From Oceanispirochaeta sp. (lineage in GTDB: Bacteria; Spirochaetota; Spirochaetia; DSM-2461), in assembly GCA_963663385.2 (NCBI GenBank), contig CAXXXD010000004.1, positions 416,001 to 480,000 on the forward strand: a stretch of 64,000 bases of DNA, read 5' to 3'. This document shows, piece by piece, positions 46,001-56,488 of the stretch. Position 1 is the first letter of the stretch, and each line of letters opens with the position of its first letter. Below the pieces are notes generated by a model, which made no database searches, was not told the origin of the DNA, and worked only from the letters and a program-made list of their open reading frames with translations. A program made the translations under genes and the position numbers.

Positions 46001-48031
46001 ATGAGTAATGACATTATGAATAAGGCTGCGGACAATATCCGTATCCTTTCGGCAGCAATGGTTGAGAAAGCCAAATCCGGTCATCCCGGAGGGGCCATGG
46101 GCGGAGCAGATTTTGTGAATGTGCTTTTTTCCGAATTTATGAACTTCGACCCCAAAGACGGAACCTGGATCAACAGAGACCGGTTCTTTCTGGATCCCGG
46201 TCATATGTCTCCCATGCTGTATTCCATCCTTTCCTTTTATGGACACTATTCCATGGATGAACTGTCCAGTTTCCGTCAGTGGGGAAGCCCCACGCCGGGT
46301 CATCCCGAAGTGGATTCCAGCCGGGGTGTTGAAAATACGTCCGGACCTCTGGGACAGGGGCATACATTTGCTGTCGGAGCCGCTATTGCCGAGAAATTCC
46401 TGACAGCCAAATTCGGCGACTGGATGAGTCATAAAATTTATGCCTTTATCTCTGACGGGGGTGTTCAGGAAGAGATCTCTCAGGGGGCGGGTAGAATTGC
46501 CGGTACCCTGGGACTGGACAACCTGATCATGTTCTACGATTCCAACGATATTCAGCTTTCCACAACTGTTTCCGAAGTAACTGTAGAGGACACAGCGAAA
46601 AAATACGAAGCCTGGGGATGGAAGGTTCTTTCCATTAACGGGAATGATGCCGATGCAATCCGCGGTGCTTTGACCGAGGCTCAGGCCGTAAAGGGCCGGC
46701 CGACCCTTATTATCGGAAAAACCATTATGGGAAAAGGCGCTGTAGACGCAGACGGAAACAGCTTCGAAGGAAAAACTTCCACCCACGGTCAGCCTCTGAG
46801 CGCCGCCGGCGCTTCTTTTGAGAAGACAATTGAAAACCTCGGAGGCGATGCTTCCGCTCCTTTTAAAATTTTCCCCGAAGTTCAGGCCTGGCTTGACGGT
46901 GTGATCAGTGAAAAATCTTCTGCGGCAGCTGTTAAAAAAGCGGAGCAGGCGGAATGGGCCAAAGCCAATCCCGAGCTGGCAGCCAAACTGGATCTTTTCT
47001 ACAGCGGTAAAGTCCCCGCTATTGACTGGGCCGGTATCGAACAGAAATCCGGTGTGGCTACAAGAGCTGCCTCCGCTGCGGTTCTCGGTGTACTGGCTGA
47101 ACAGGTGGAAAACATGATTGTTTCATCTGCGGACCTTTCCAATTCCGATAAAACCGACGGATTCCTCAAGAAGACCAAGGCTATCACAAAAGATGATTTT
47201 TCCGGTGCTTTCCTGCAGTCCGGTGTCGCCGAGCTGACCATGGCCTGTATCTGTTCCGGTATGGCTCTCCATGGCGGTGTGATCCCCGCCTGCGGAACCT
47301 TCTTTGTATTTTCCGACTATATCAAACCCGCCCTCAGAACGGCTGCTCTCATGGAGCTTCCCGTTGTGTATGTGTGGACCCACGATGCTTTCCGCGTAGG
47401 AGAGGACGGCCCGACTCATCAGCCTGTTGAGCATGAAGCTCAGCTCCGCCTGATGGAACAGCTTCAGAATCACTCCCGCAAAAACAGTGTACTGGTTCTG
47501 CGTCCGGCTGATGCCCAGGAAACAACCGCTGCCTGGAAAATGGCTATTGAAAACCGGAATACACCTACGGCTCTGATCCTGTCCAGACAGAATATCAAGG
47601 AGCTTCCTGCGGAATCCGACCGTGTGAAAGAAGCTTTCCAGGCGGAAAAAGGCGCCTATATTGTAGAATCTGCCGGTGGTAAAGCCGATGTGGTTCTGGT
47701 GGCATCCGGTTCCGAAGTGGCTACTCTGGTAGAAGGAGCCGCTATGCTGAGAGAGAAGAAAGGGCTGAAGGTTCAGGTTGTCTCCGCGCCTTCCGAAGGC
47801 CTTTTCCGGAATCAGGATGCTTCCTATCAGGAAGAGGTGCTTCCTGCGGGTGTTCCCAAGTTCGGCTTGACCGCCGGTCTGCCTGTAACCCTCCAGGGAC
47901 TGGTGGGGGCTGACGGCAAGGTTTTCGGTCTAAACTCATTTGGTTTCAGCGCCCCTGCGGGCGTTCTGGACGGGAAACTGGGCTATACAGGTGAAAATGT
48001 GTTTAATCAGGTAACGGAGATGCTTAAATAG
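46001..48031 (+). CDS. tkt: Transketolase
   Basis: SGHPGG, RDRF..DPGH, TPGHPE, SGPLGQG, SDG..QE, GEDGPTHQP. Confidence 0.95.
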   Translation: MSNDIMNKAADNIRILSAAMVEKAKSGHPGGAMGGADFVNVLFSEFMNFDPKDGTWINRDRFFLDPGHMSPMLYSILSFYGHYSMDELSSFRQWGSPTPGHPEVDSSRGVENTSGPLGQGHTFAVGAAIAEKFLTAKFGDWMSHKIYAFISDGGVQEEISQGAGRIAGTLGLDNLIMFYDSNDIQLSTTVSEVTVEDTAKKYEAWGWKVLSINGNDADAIRGALTEAQAVKGRPTLIIGKTIMGKGAVDADGNSFEGKTSTHGQPLSAAGASFEKTIENLGGDASAPFKIFPEVQAWLDGVISEKSSAAAVKKAEQAEWAKANPELAAKLDLFYSGKVPAIDWAGIEQKSGVATRAASAAVLGVLAEQVENMIVSSADLSNSDKTDGFLKKTKAITKDDFSGAFLQSGVAELTMACICSGMALHGGVIPACGTFFVFSDYIKPALRTAALMELPVVYVWTHDAFRVGEDGPTHQPVEHEAQLRLMEQLQNHSRKNSVLVLRPADAQETTAAWKMAIENRNTPTALILSRQNIKELPAESDRVKEAFQAEKGAYIVESAGGKADVVLVASGSEVATLVEGAAMLREKKGLKVQVVSAPSEGLFRNQDASYQEEVLPAGVPKFGLTAGLPVTLQGLVGADGKVFGLNSFGFSAPAGVLDGKLGYTGENVFNQVTEMLK

Positions 48032-48061
48032 TCTTCCTATACGGATCATTTTTAATAACAC

Positions 48062-48102
48062 AAGCCGCTTTCAGGTGTTTTTCCTGTGAAGCGGCTTTTT
48101 TT
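48062..48102 (+). terminator. Intrinsic terminator after tkt
   Basis: AAGCCGCTT...AAGCGGCTT followed by a T-run. Confidence 0.85.
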
Positions 48103-48217
48103 ATTAGTAAAAATAATATATTTTGCTTAAAATTTAAAAAAAATTGTAATGAACAAATGCCGGAAAAAGCATCTGTTCAGGAACAAAAATTCAGAATAAA
48201 AAATAATTGGAGTCGAA

Positions 48218-50275
48218 ATGAAGTTTTCCAATATGCGAATCGGTACAAAATTAATCCTCCTTATGTCTTTAACTGTTACGTTGATGATCGGTGTGTTTAT
48301 TGCCTTTGTAAGAACCGGGACCCTGGAACTGGCGAACAGGGATGCCGAAGTGATTGCCCGTGAATATGCTCAGCATTATGGATGGAAGGTCAATCAGATT
48401 TTTCAGACGGTCATCAGTGAAACCGATGCAATGGCAGACGCCCTGGAAGGGGTCGCTGGTGCCGATATTGAAGGGGAACCCCGGGAAATGGTAACGGCTA
48501 TGCTGAAAAACTGGTATGACCGGGGGCGGAAAGAAAGCCAGATATACGATACATGGGCCATGTTTGAGCCCGGAGCTTTAGATGGCCGGGATAAGGAGTA
48601 TGCCGGCTCGGAACGGTATGGGAATGAGGGCTATTACAGTGCCTGGATTCTGGGGGATGATGTATATCCTCTGGAACTTTACGGAAATGCTTCTGATGAC
48701 CGCTGGTATCTTGAGCCGAAGGGGCGAGGGAAAATTACTGTTACCGATTTTTATCAGTATGAATATCCCGACGGGATAAAGACTGTTGTTGCCATCGGTG
48801 CTCCCATGTATGATTCATCCGGAAATTTTCTGGGAGTAGTAGGCTGTGACTTTGAAATCGGCTCCCTTCATGATCTTATCAGCCAGGTGCGGATTTATGA
48901 AACCGGCTACCTGACTTTTCTTTCGGAAACAGGAGGGATTGTTTCTACCAGAGATGAGGACGCTCTGGGAGATACCCTTGACTATTTCCCCTGGATGAAT
49001 AACGAAATCCGGAAAAATATAGAACGCCGGGAACCGTTCAGCTTTGAATATGAGTCGGAACTGCTGAACGACAGGGTTCTGGCCTATTCCACACCTATTG
49101 TACTGGGATATAGCGGCAATGTGTGGTCCATGCTGGTCAGTATCCCAGTAGGGGAAGTGAACTATTTTGCCAACAGGCTTACCCGGATGATCCTGATTTT
49201 CGGTATTATAGCGGTTTGTATAACAATTTTCCTTATCAGTCTTGTTTCCCGGACTATAACCAATCCTCTGAAGCTGGCTATAGGTTTTGCCGGTGAGATC
49301 TCAAAGGGAAATCTTAAAACCCAATTTGAATCAGGACGGAAAGATGAACTGGGTGATCTGGCGGATGCCCTGAATCATATGAAGGATAACCTGGTCCAAA
49401 TCATTACCAGTATCCGGGACAGCTCAGAGCAGTTTCAGGCCGGAAGCAACCAGATAAGCCGTTCTGCCGTGCATATCTCCGAAGGAGCCAATCAGCAGGC
49501 CGCCGGAGTGGAGGAGATTTCCTCCAGCATGGAGGAGCTTATGTCCAATATTCAGCAGAACTCGGAAAATGCCAACCACTCCAGCAAACTGGCCATTGAA
49601 GCTTCCGGATCGGCCAGGCAGGGAGGAGACGCGGTAAACGAAACAGTAGAGGCCATGAAGGCAATTGCTGAGAAAATCGCTGTGATTGAAGATATCTCCC
49701 GCAATACGAATATGCTGGCCCTAAATGCGGCTATCGAAGCAGCCAGGGCGGGTGAGGCCGGTAAGGGCTTTGCCGTTGTAGCCTCGGAAGTGCGGAAACT
49801 GGCGGAACATAGTTCAAAAGCTGCTTCAGAGATAACGGATATTGCAGGAAAAAGTGTTGCGGGAGCGGAGAAAGCCGGTGAAATCATTGCCAGGGTTGTT
49901 CCGGACATAGGTAAAACCGCTGATCTGATACAGGAGATTTCTGCCGCCAGCGAAGAGCAGAGTCATGGTTCCGAACAGGTAAACAGTGCCATATTGCAGA
50001 TGAATCAGGTTGTACAGAAGAATGTGAGTGTAGCCGATGATATGGCCAGTATGGCCGAAGAGCTGGATAGTCAGGCTCAGTCCCTGCTGGAACGTATCGC
50101 CTTTTTTCAGCTGGCAAGTGATATAAAACGTTCCAGGGCGCTGCCGGACCCCGCTCCTGTGCTGAAAAAACAGGTTAAGCTCTCCTCTTTTACCAGTCTT
50201 CCCGATAGATCACCGAGTGAGACTGATCAGCAGAGTCGTGAGCCTGCTGACGATGATGATTTTATGGAATTCTAA
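48218..50275 (+). CDS. Methyl-accepting chemotaxis protein with a dCache-like sensor
   Basis: RWY..P, G..GVVG.D Cache motifs; [37 protein letters not shown]. Confidence 0.93.
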   Translation: MKFSNMRIGTKLILLMSLTVTLMIGVFIAFVRTGTLELANRDAEVIAREYAQHYGWKVNQIFQTVISETDAMADALEGVAGADIEGEPREMVTAMLKNWYDRGRKESQIYDTWAMFEPGALDGRDKEYAGSERYGNEGYYSAWILGDDVYPLELYGNASDDRWYLEPKGRGKITVTDFYQYEYPDGIKTVVAIGAPMYDSSGNFLGVVGCDFEIGSLHDLISQVRIYETGYLTFLSETGGIVSTRDEDALGDTLDYFPWMNNEIRKNIERREPFSFEYESELLNDRVLAYSTPIVLGYSGNVWSMLVSIPVGEVNYFANRLTRMILIFGIIAVCITIFLISLVSRTITNPLKLAIGFAGEISKGNLKTQFESGRKDELGDLADALNHMKDNLVQIITSIRDSSEQFQAGSNQISRSAVHISEGANQQAAGVEEISSSMEELMSNIQQNSENANHSSKLAIEASGSARQGGDAVNETVEAMKAIAEKIAVIEDISRNTNMLALNAAIEAARAGEAGKGFAVVASEVRKLAEHSSKAASEITDIAGKSVAGAEKAGEIIARVVPDIGKTADLIQEISAASEEQSHGSEQVNSAILQMNQVVQKNVSVADDMASMAEELDSQAQSLLERIAFFQLASDIKRSRALPDPAPVLKKQVKLSSFTSLPDRSPSETDQQSREPADDDDFMEF

Positions 50276-51789
50276 ACCGGCAGCAGGGCCGCATGACTGG
50301 AAGTAAACACGGGGGGAGTCCTTTTCAGGATCTCCCTCAGTGCCGGGACTTTTTTAAACTCCCGGCTCAGGAACTCCCTGATCTCCCCCCGGTTCCAGCC
50401 GGCGGGGTGAACAAATTCCCGGTAGAGAGCAAGGTCTCCTTCGTAAAACGAACGGGTTTTAAGGTTAAGGGCCTCTTCGCTGCCCACGGGCATATTGAAG
50501 ATGGAGACATTCAGATAGTCGATATACGCGCTGTGGCTCAGGACGAAATCCCGCGTTCGGAAGGCGGCGGTCCGGTCTTCCGCCGGGGTTCCGAACATTA
50601 TATAGATAAATGTCTTTATCCCCGCATCCTTCAGATTCTTGAGAATGATGGAGACCTGTTCCAGATTGATCCCTTTTTTCAGGCTGTCCAGTACGTCCTG
50701 ATCCCCCGATTCCAGACCCATGCAGAGCATCCGGCAGCCCGAGGCCGCCAGCTTCCGGCAGTAGGCCGCTCCCGTCATTTCCGGTATAAACCTGCTGAAA
50801 CCGTACCAGTCGGCATCCGGCGGCCGCTTGAGAAGAACCTGCAGCAGCTGACGGCTGATCTCACTATCGCAGAAATGAATCAGGTCCGGCTTATGCTCCG
50901 TACAGAGAGCCTTCAACTCTTTCTCAACCCGGGCAGGGGGGACTTCGCAGTAGGCATTGTCTTCCCAGTTCTCCGAGCAGAAGGTGCAGCGTTTCCAGGA
51001 ACAGCCTGTTGAGGCGGCATAGGGCAGAATCTTTACCGGCGACAGGTATTTCCCGTGAATGGATGGATTGTACAGATCTCCGAAAAAGGGCAGACCCGGG
51101 CCGCAGTAGACGCGACCAGTAAATTCAACAATATTTTTTTCACCCTCTCCGGACTGTATTCCGTCAGCCAGCCGGCTCAGGAACCTTGTATCCGAAGGAC
51201 CCTTTACCCAGGAATTGATAAGTCCCCCGCCCAGCTGAATTTTTATCCGGGGAAATTGTTTTTTGATAAATCCGCAGATAGCCATTCCCGTAAGAGCCTG
51301 GCTGAGGTAGCCGATAGATATCCCAACGTGGCTGTGAACGCCTTTCTCCAGAAGTTCTGCAATACGGCGGGAGAACCAGGGGTAGAAAAGATCTTCTTCG
51401 GGGCGTTTCCAGCTGAGAATGAGGTCCTCCGACTTTAGGGGGGAACGCCCCGGATCCTGGAAGTCGGCAGGGGTCAGGTGGCAGTCTTTATCCGTTACAG
51501 GTTTGGCTGTTGCAGCCAGCCGTTTGATATCGGAAACCTGTTTGATGTAACGGTCCCTGGAACAGGCACTGCCCTCCATATTCAGGATACGGTCTTTTTT
51601 CCGTCTGACCAGTCGGGCCTGAGGGTCTTCCGTGTCCCCGGGGGGCTGGCTGCAGAGCCAGAGGAATCCTTCCAGTGCCCCATCCACCAGGGTAACCTCC
51701 TCTCCTGCCTCCTTCAAGGCTCCTGCCAGTCGGGTGAGGGCTACGGGAGGTTCACAGTTGCGGACTTGCGGTGGATGGATCAGCAGCAT
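50272..51789 (-). CDS. Radical SAM protein with a B12-binding-like N-terminal region
   Basis: LLIHPP N-terminus, VGISI...Q, QLGGG, GCSWKRCTFC, GLESG, MFGTPAE. Confidence 0.82.
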   Translation of the reverse strand: MLLIHPPQVRNCEPPVALTRLAGALKEAGEEVTLVDGALEGFLWLCSQPPGDTEDPQARLVRRKKDRILNMEGSACSRDRYIKQVSDIKRLAATAKPVTDKDCHLTPADFQDPGRSPLKSEDLILSWKRPEEDLFYPWFSRRIAELLEKGVHSHVGISIGYLSQALTGMAICGFIKKQFPRIKIQLGGGLINSWVKGPSDTRFLSRLADGIQSGEGEKNIVEFTGRVYCGPGLPFFGDLYNPSIHGKYLSPVKILPYAASTGCSWKRCTFCSENWEDNAYCEVPPARVEKELKALCTEHKPDLIHFCDSEISRQLLQVLLKRPPDADWYGFSRFIPEMTGAAYCRKLAASGCRMLCMGLESGDQDVLDSLKKGINLEQVSIILKNLKDAGIKTFIYIMFGTPAEDRTAAFRTRDFVLSHSAYIDYLNVSIFNMPVGSEEALNLKTRSFYEGDLALYREFVHPAGWNRGEIREFLSREFKKVPALREILKRTPPVFTSSHAALLPV

Positions 51790-51806
51790 GGTGGGAGTAT
51801 AGCATA

Positions 51807-52805
51807 TCAGCTGTAGTTTGCCAGCTGACGTTTAAGTTCTTCCCGGATTTCCGTTCTGAGGTCTTCCGGTTCCAGCACCTCCGCATCCATCCCGAAGGAG
51901 AGTATCCAGCTTTTCACATCCCGCCGGCCGGATGTGATCATTTTCAGAATAAGGGAGCCGTCCGCTTCCAGTACTATCTTCTGATTGCTCGTCCACTGCC
52001 TCTCCTTTATATAGCGGCCGGATTGGGGGGAGAAGCGGATGGACAGGCTGAGGGGCTGATCTTTTGTAATGGCCCAGGCTCCTGACAGTATCTCCTCCGG
52101 ATCAAAATCTTCGGGGTAGTCGAAGCTGCGGTCCGTAACGGTCAGACTTGAAAAGCGCTCAACCGCGGTAGTTCGGATCTCCCTGTCGGGCAGGGTCTCG
52201 ATAAAACAGTAGAGGCCGTCGTTCCACTCGTAGAAGCGGAGGGGGTTGAAGGATATTTCCCTGTTGCTGTTCCGGCTGAAAGACCAGTACTCTCCCCGGC
52301 AGCTTTTCTGCTCCATGGCCGCATTAATAAGATCTTCAAAAAGGGACTCTTTCCCTTCCAGTTTTTTAAACTTCCGGGGTACCGACAGGAATACCCGGGA
52401 AAAGCGGTCCAGCAGATCCTCCTCTTCCGTTTCAAGGTGAAACTGTTCCAGCCGGGTTTTCAGAATCCTGATTGTTTCTTTCAGTTCCGTTTCGTAAAGG
52501 GCGGTGCTGCGGGACAGGATCAGGTAGAGAATCAGAATCTCTTTCCGGCTCAGTTCCAGCCGGGGGACTCTTCCCTTGGGGCGTCCCTGGAAATACTCCT
52601 CCATAAGGGCCCACTTCTTCTCTTTTTCCAGACTATCAAGCTGAACCAGGGGAAAGCCCAGTTCCTCAAAGGAGTCGAAGAGGCGGTAGACGGACCGCCG
52701 GCTGATTCCCAGTTCATCCTGCAGGGTGCGGATACTGACCCCTCCCTTCCGGCTTAAGAGGTTGAATCCGTTCATAAACTGTATCAGGTTTTTTGCTGCG
52801 GCCAT
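51807..52805 (-). CDS. WYL-domain transcriptional regulator (HTH-WYL-WCX)
   Basis: LQDELGISRRSVYR HTH; FNPLRF...DGLYC, RTTAVERF; C-terminal WILSFGMDAEVLEPEDLR. Confidence 0.88.
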   Translation of the reverse strand: MAAAKNLIQFMNGFNLLSRKGGVSIRTLQDELGISRRSVYRLFDSFEELGFPLVQLDSLEKEKKWALMEEYFQGRPKGRVPRLELSRKEILILYLILSRSTALYETELKETIRILKTRLEQFHLETEEEDLLDRFSRVFLSVPRKFKKLEGKESLFEDLINAAMEQKSCRGEYWSFSRNSNREISFNPLRFYEWNDGLYCFIETLPDREIRTTAVERFSSLTVTDRSFDYPEDFDPEEILSGAWAITKDQPLSLSIRFSPQSGRYIKERQWTSNQKIVLEADGSLILKMITSGRRDVKSWILSFGMDAEVLEPEDLRTEIREELKRQLANYS

Positions 52806-52892
52806 TAACCTACAGTAATCGGAAAAGAGTTATTGGTAAAGGAGGACCACCTTACCGACCCTTAATTCATATATCAATTCCCGGGAAGCCTC

Positions 52893-54635
52893 TTAACCTA
52901 CTGTGAGAGGCTTACACAGCTGCCACTCTTTGGCTTCTTCCTGAGCGGCCCATAGCTGGCTATACAATCCATCAGTCATGACAAGCTGGTCATGCGAACC
53001 CTCCTGCACAAGAGCGCCTTCATTAAAAACAAGTATATTATCAGCAGAGCGTATAGTTTTCAGGTTATGAGCAATAACCAGTACAGTTCTGTCTTTGGAC
53101 AGATTGCTTATGGCAATCTGAATCTTTGCTTCGTTTATTGGATCAACATTACTGGTTACTTCATCCAGAATGACGATGGGCGAATCTTTTAAAAAAGCCC
53201 GGGCAATGGAGAGCCGCTGTTTCTGTCCTCCAGAAAGTCCAACGCCATTTTCTCCTACCGGAGTATCGTAGCCCTGGGGGAGAGTCATAATAAAATCATG
53301 AATCATTGCCTTTTGGCTAGCCTTGATAACCTCATCTCTTGAGGCATTTTGGTTTCCGATTTTGATATTATCCTCTATGGTGTCAGCAAATAGAATGACA
53401 TTTTGCATGACAATACTAACTTTAGACAAAAGATCATCATAATTCATTTCACGAATATCAACACCTCCTATACGGATAGCACCCTGCTGCGGTTCCCAAA
53501 ACCTGAGAAGAAGATTGGTTATGGTTGTTTTCCCTGAACCGGAAGGACCTACTAGAGCGGTAAGACTACCCTCTGCTAGAAGAAAACCGGCTTCCTTTAT
53601 CTCAAAATCACCTTCTTCATAGACAAACTTGACTCTGTCAAACTCAATATCATAGCCATCAGGCTGTTTTGATATCCCGGGAGATTCAATAACTGGAGCA
53701 TCCAGGATGATCTTAATTCTATGGAAGCTGTCTGTTACCTTGATATAGTTTGTCCAGTGTTTTTCCATTTCAACGAAGGGTTTATAAAACTCTTTGCTAA
53801 TGATTATAAAGATTAAATAGTTAAATATCGTAAGCTGATCATGAAAAATGAGACAGGCTCCTGCTGCAGCCAAAACAGCAAAGCATAGCTCAACAAAGAG
53901 TGAATAACGACCCAGGTATCCTGAAACACGTTTTGCTGCTTTTTTACTGCTGTCACCAAAACACTTCGTACTATCCTGCAGTTTCTCCTGAAAATCAGAG
54001 CTCTCATTAAATGCCTTCAACAGGGGGATTCCCTTTACATATTCAACAAACAGGCTGACCATATCGGCCAGATTGTCCTGAGATTCTTTCTGGTCTTTTT
54101 GCCCGCCCTTGATACCATATATAAGAATAGGGATAGCTATAGGTAGAAGCGATATCATTGCAAGCCCCATTCTCCAGTCTAAAAGAAAAAGTCCAGTTCC
54201 AAGAATGATGGCAACAATAAAATCACTGCTCATTCTCGACCACATATGGGCTACAACTGCCTCCATATTGGAAACATCTTTCTGGATAATGGTACTTATC
54301 TCACCAATTCTTTCCTTTGAATAAAAACTGAGAGAAAAACACTTTAGCCTACCAAGAATTGAGCGGCGTAAATTTTCTTCAATATCAAATCCGGCAAAAT
54401 GCTTGGTCATATCGGCTGTTACGTTACAGATAGCCTTGAATACCACAAGAGCAATAAGGCTCAGCCAATAGAGAGAGATGTTAATAATCCGCCCAGTAGT
54501 TATTTTCTCTACCATATCGATAACAAGCAGCATCATTGCTGTTCCGCTAAGGGCATATAGAACAAAGAATAAAATAGAAAGGATCAGAATCCCCTTTCCT
54601 CTAGCACTTAAATTTCCTAATATTTGCTTAATCAT
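52893..54635 (-). CDS. ABC transporter fused permease/ATPase (IrtB/YbtQ-like)
   Basis: TM domain, GPSGSGKT, LSGGQKQRLSIARA, LDE. Confidence 0.9.
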   Translation of the reverse strand: MIKQILGNLSARGKGILILSILFFVLYALSGTAMMLLVIDMVEKITTGRIINISLYWLSLIALVVFKAICNVTADMTKHFAGFDIEENLRRSILGRLKCFSLSFYSKERIGEISTIIQKDVSNMEAVVAHMWSRMSSDFIVAIILGTGLFLLDWRMGLAMISLLPIAIPILIYGIKGGQKDQKESQDNLADMVSLFVEYVKGIPLLKAFNESSDFQEKLQDSTKCFGDSSKKAAKRVSGYLGRYSLFVELCFAVLAAAGACLIFHDQLTIFNYLIFIIISKEFYKPFVEMEKHWTNYIKVTDSFHRIKIILDAPVIESPGISKQPDGYDIEFDRVKFVYEEGDFEIKEAGFLLAEGSLTALVGPSGSGKTTITNLLLRFWEPQQGAIRIGGVDIREMNYDDLLSKVSIVMQNVILFADTIEDNIKIGNQNASRDEVIKASQKAMIHDFIMTLPQGYDTPVGENGVGLSGGQKQRLSIARAFLKDSPIVILDEVTSNVDPINEAKIQIAISNLSKDRTVLVIAHNLKTIRSADNILVFNEGALVQEGSHDQLVMTDGLYSQLWAAQEEAKEWQLCKPLTVG

Positions 54636-56365
54636 AGATAGACCTCCTTAATCTGCCATGAGTCAACCCTTTTCTGTTGCTCTATCATCTCGATGTATAT
54701 GGGGCAGGAAGACAATAGCTCCTCATGCCGTCCGGAATCGACCACAATGCCCTCATCCATTACAACAATTTGATCCGCTCCGGTTATTGTATTTAGATGA
54801 TGCGCGATCATTATCAGGGTTTTATCTCTGCTAAGATTGTTGATCGCCTGCTGAATAAGTTTTTCGTTGCTGGGATCTATAGCCGCAGTTGCTTCATCCA
54901 GAATTATGATGGGGGCATTCCTTAAAATCATTCTGGCAATGGATATTCGCTGTTTTTCCCCACCGGAAAACTTAGTGCCACCTTCTCCGGCCTGTGTGGC
55001 ATAGCCGTCTGGCAGGCTTATTATCGTGTCATGAATCTGTGCCTTCTTTGCTGCTTCAATTATTTCAGCCTTTGTGGCATCAGGCTTGCCTATACGGATA
55101 TTTTCTTCGATAGATAGATTAAACAGAAAAACTTCCTGCTGAACTATGGATACAAGTGATGACAAAGCCTCTTCACTCATATCGGAAAGCTCCAGCCCGT
55201 TTATTGAAAGGCTCCCTGAGTCCGGCTGCCAGAATCCCATAATAAGATTGGCCAGGGTTGACTTTCCTGAACCGGAAGTTCCTACAATGGCGTTTACCGA
55301 CTTATCTCGAAAGCACAGGTTAATACCTGCCAATATTTTTTTATCAGAGGAGTAACTGAAATCAATATTATCGAAAACGATGTCCCCAGGTTCTGGATCT
55401 CGATACAGATTCTTCTTAGGAAGAAGTTTTTCTCCCATAATAGAATAGATATTTTGGATAGATTGATTGTAAACAATCCCGTAATGCTGAAAGGTGGGAA
55501 GTTTGGCAAAGGCTGATAAAAAAACTCCGCCGAGAATCAGTGCGAGAACAAAGCCTGGCGTACTAACCGTACCATTTGCCAGCAGTATTGATCCGACAAT
55601 AACCATAACGACAAGTCCGCCCTCAAGCATCATCGAAATAAGCCCCATCGGAACAGAAATGCTCAGCATTACCCTCTTGACCCAGGTAATATATTCACTC
55701 ATATGATTGAGCACTTTGCGGGTTTTGTGCTCTTCTTTGGCAAAGGCCTTAATTACTGGGATGGTAGCAATATACTCTAAAAGATCCTCAGACATCTGTT
55801 TTGTACTCTCGGCGTATCTTGCAAGAGATTTGCCCCAGATTCTATTCATTATCTTTTTAAATAAAATCATAAGCGGTGTGGTGCATACGAGGGCAATGCC
55901 CATCCGCCAATCAATAATCGAGATGATAACAAAAACAGTTATTGGAACAAGGGTAGACGCCATAATCTCGGGAAGGGCATGAGCAAGGTAAACCTCCACC
56001 TCCTCCACATCATGATTAATTATGTTTGCCAGATCGCCGGTTCTCCTTTTTTGAAAGAATCCAAGTGACATTGATCTCAGATGCCTGATAATATCAAGGC
56101 GGATTTCGGTAAGTGAGCCATAGGCCGCGTCATGTGCTTTCCATATGGATAACCCGTAGAACAGCGATTTAAGAATAAGACACCCTGTAATAACCAGACT
56201 GCACCATAGAATCATCTTTTTTGTAATCGAATCGTCTGCCATATGCCCGACCATGTAAACCACTAACAGGCTTGGTATGGTTCCTAGAATGACATTCATC
56301 GTGAGAAATATGTTGGATGCAAAATTTCTCTTTTTTACATGCTTGCTGTAAGATTTTTGATTCAT
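54632..56365 (-). CDS. ABC transporter fused permease/ATPase (IrtA/YbtP-like)
   Basis: AH..AY..L, EVYLAHALPE, GTSGSGKS, FSGGEKQR, LDEAT. Confidence 0.9.
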   Translation of the reverse strand: MNQKSYSKHVKKRNFASNIFLTMNVILGTIPSLLVVYMVGHMADDSITKKMILWCSLVITGCLILKSLFYGLSIWKAHDAAYGSLTEIRLDIIRHLRSMSLGFFQKRRTGDLANIINHDVEEVEVYLAHALPEIMASTLVPITVFVIISIIDWRMGIALVCTTPLMILFKKIMNRIWGKSLARYAESTKQMSEDLLEYIATIPVIKAFAKEEHKTRKVLNHMSEYITWVKRVMLSISVPMGLISMMLEGGLVVMVIVGSILLANGTVSTPGFVLALILGGVFLSAFAKLPTFQHYGIVYNQSIQNIYSIMGEKLLPKKNLYRDPEPGDIVFDNIDFSYSSDKKILAGINLCFRDKSVNAIVGTSGSGKSTLANLIMGFWQPDSGSLSINGLELSDMSEEALSSLVSIVQQEVFLFNLSIEENIRIGKPDATKAEIIEAAKKAQIHDTIISLPDGYATQAGEGGTKFSGGEKQRISIARMILRNAPIIILDEATAAIDPSNEKLIQQAINNLSRDKTLIMIAHHLNTITGADQIVVMDEGIVVDSGRHEELLSSCPIYIEMIEQQKRVDSWQIKEVYL

Positions 56366-56403
56366 TTATATTTTCTCCTGTAAAGTTTTTAAGAACAAAT
56401 TTT

Positions 56404-56427
56404 AATATTGAAAATTTTTTCAATATT
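56404..56427. promoter_or_regulatory. Candidate TetR operator upstream of the ABC pair
   Basis: Perfect-armed palindrome AATATTGAAAA-TT-TTTTCAATATT. Confidence 0.7.
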
Positions 56428-56488
56428 TATTTTAAAAAAAAGGTAAATTTCTAAACTCAGAGAGTTCAATATTAGACTCTCCTGAATT

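Noticed and set aside
48121..48170. Possible sigma28 promoter for the MCP (GCCGGAAA)
   Set aside because: Poor match to TAAA-N15-GCCGATAA; not supportable.
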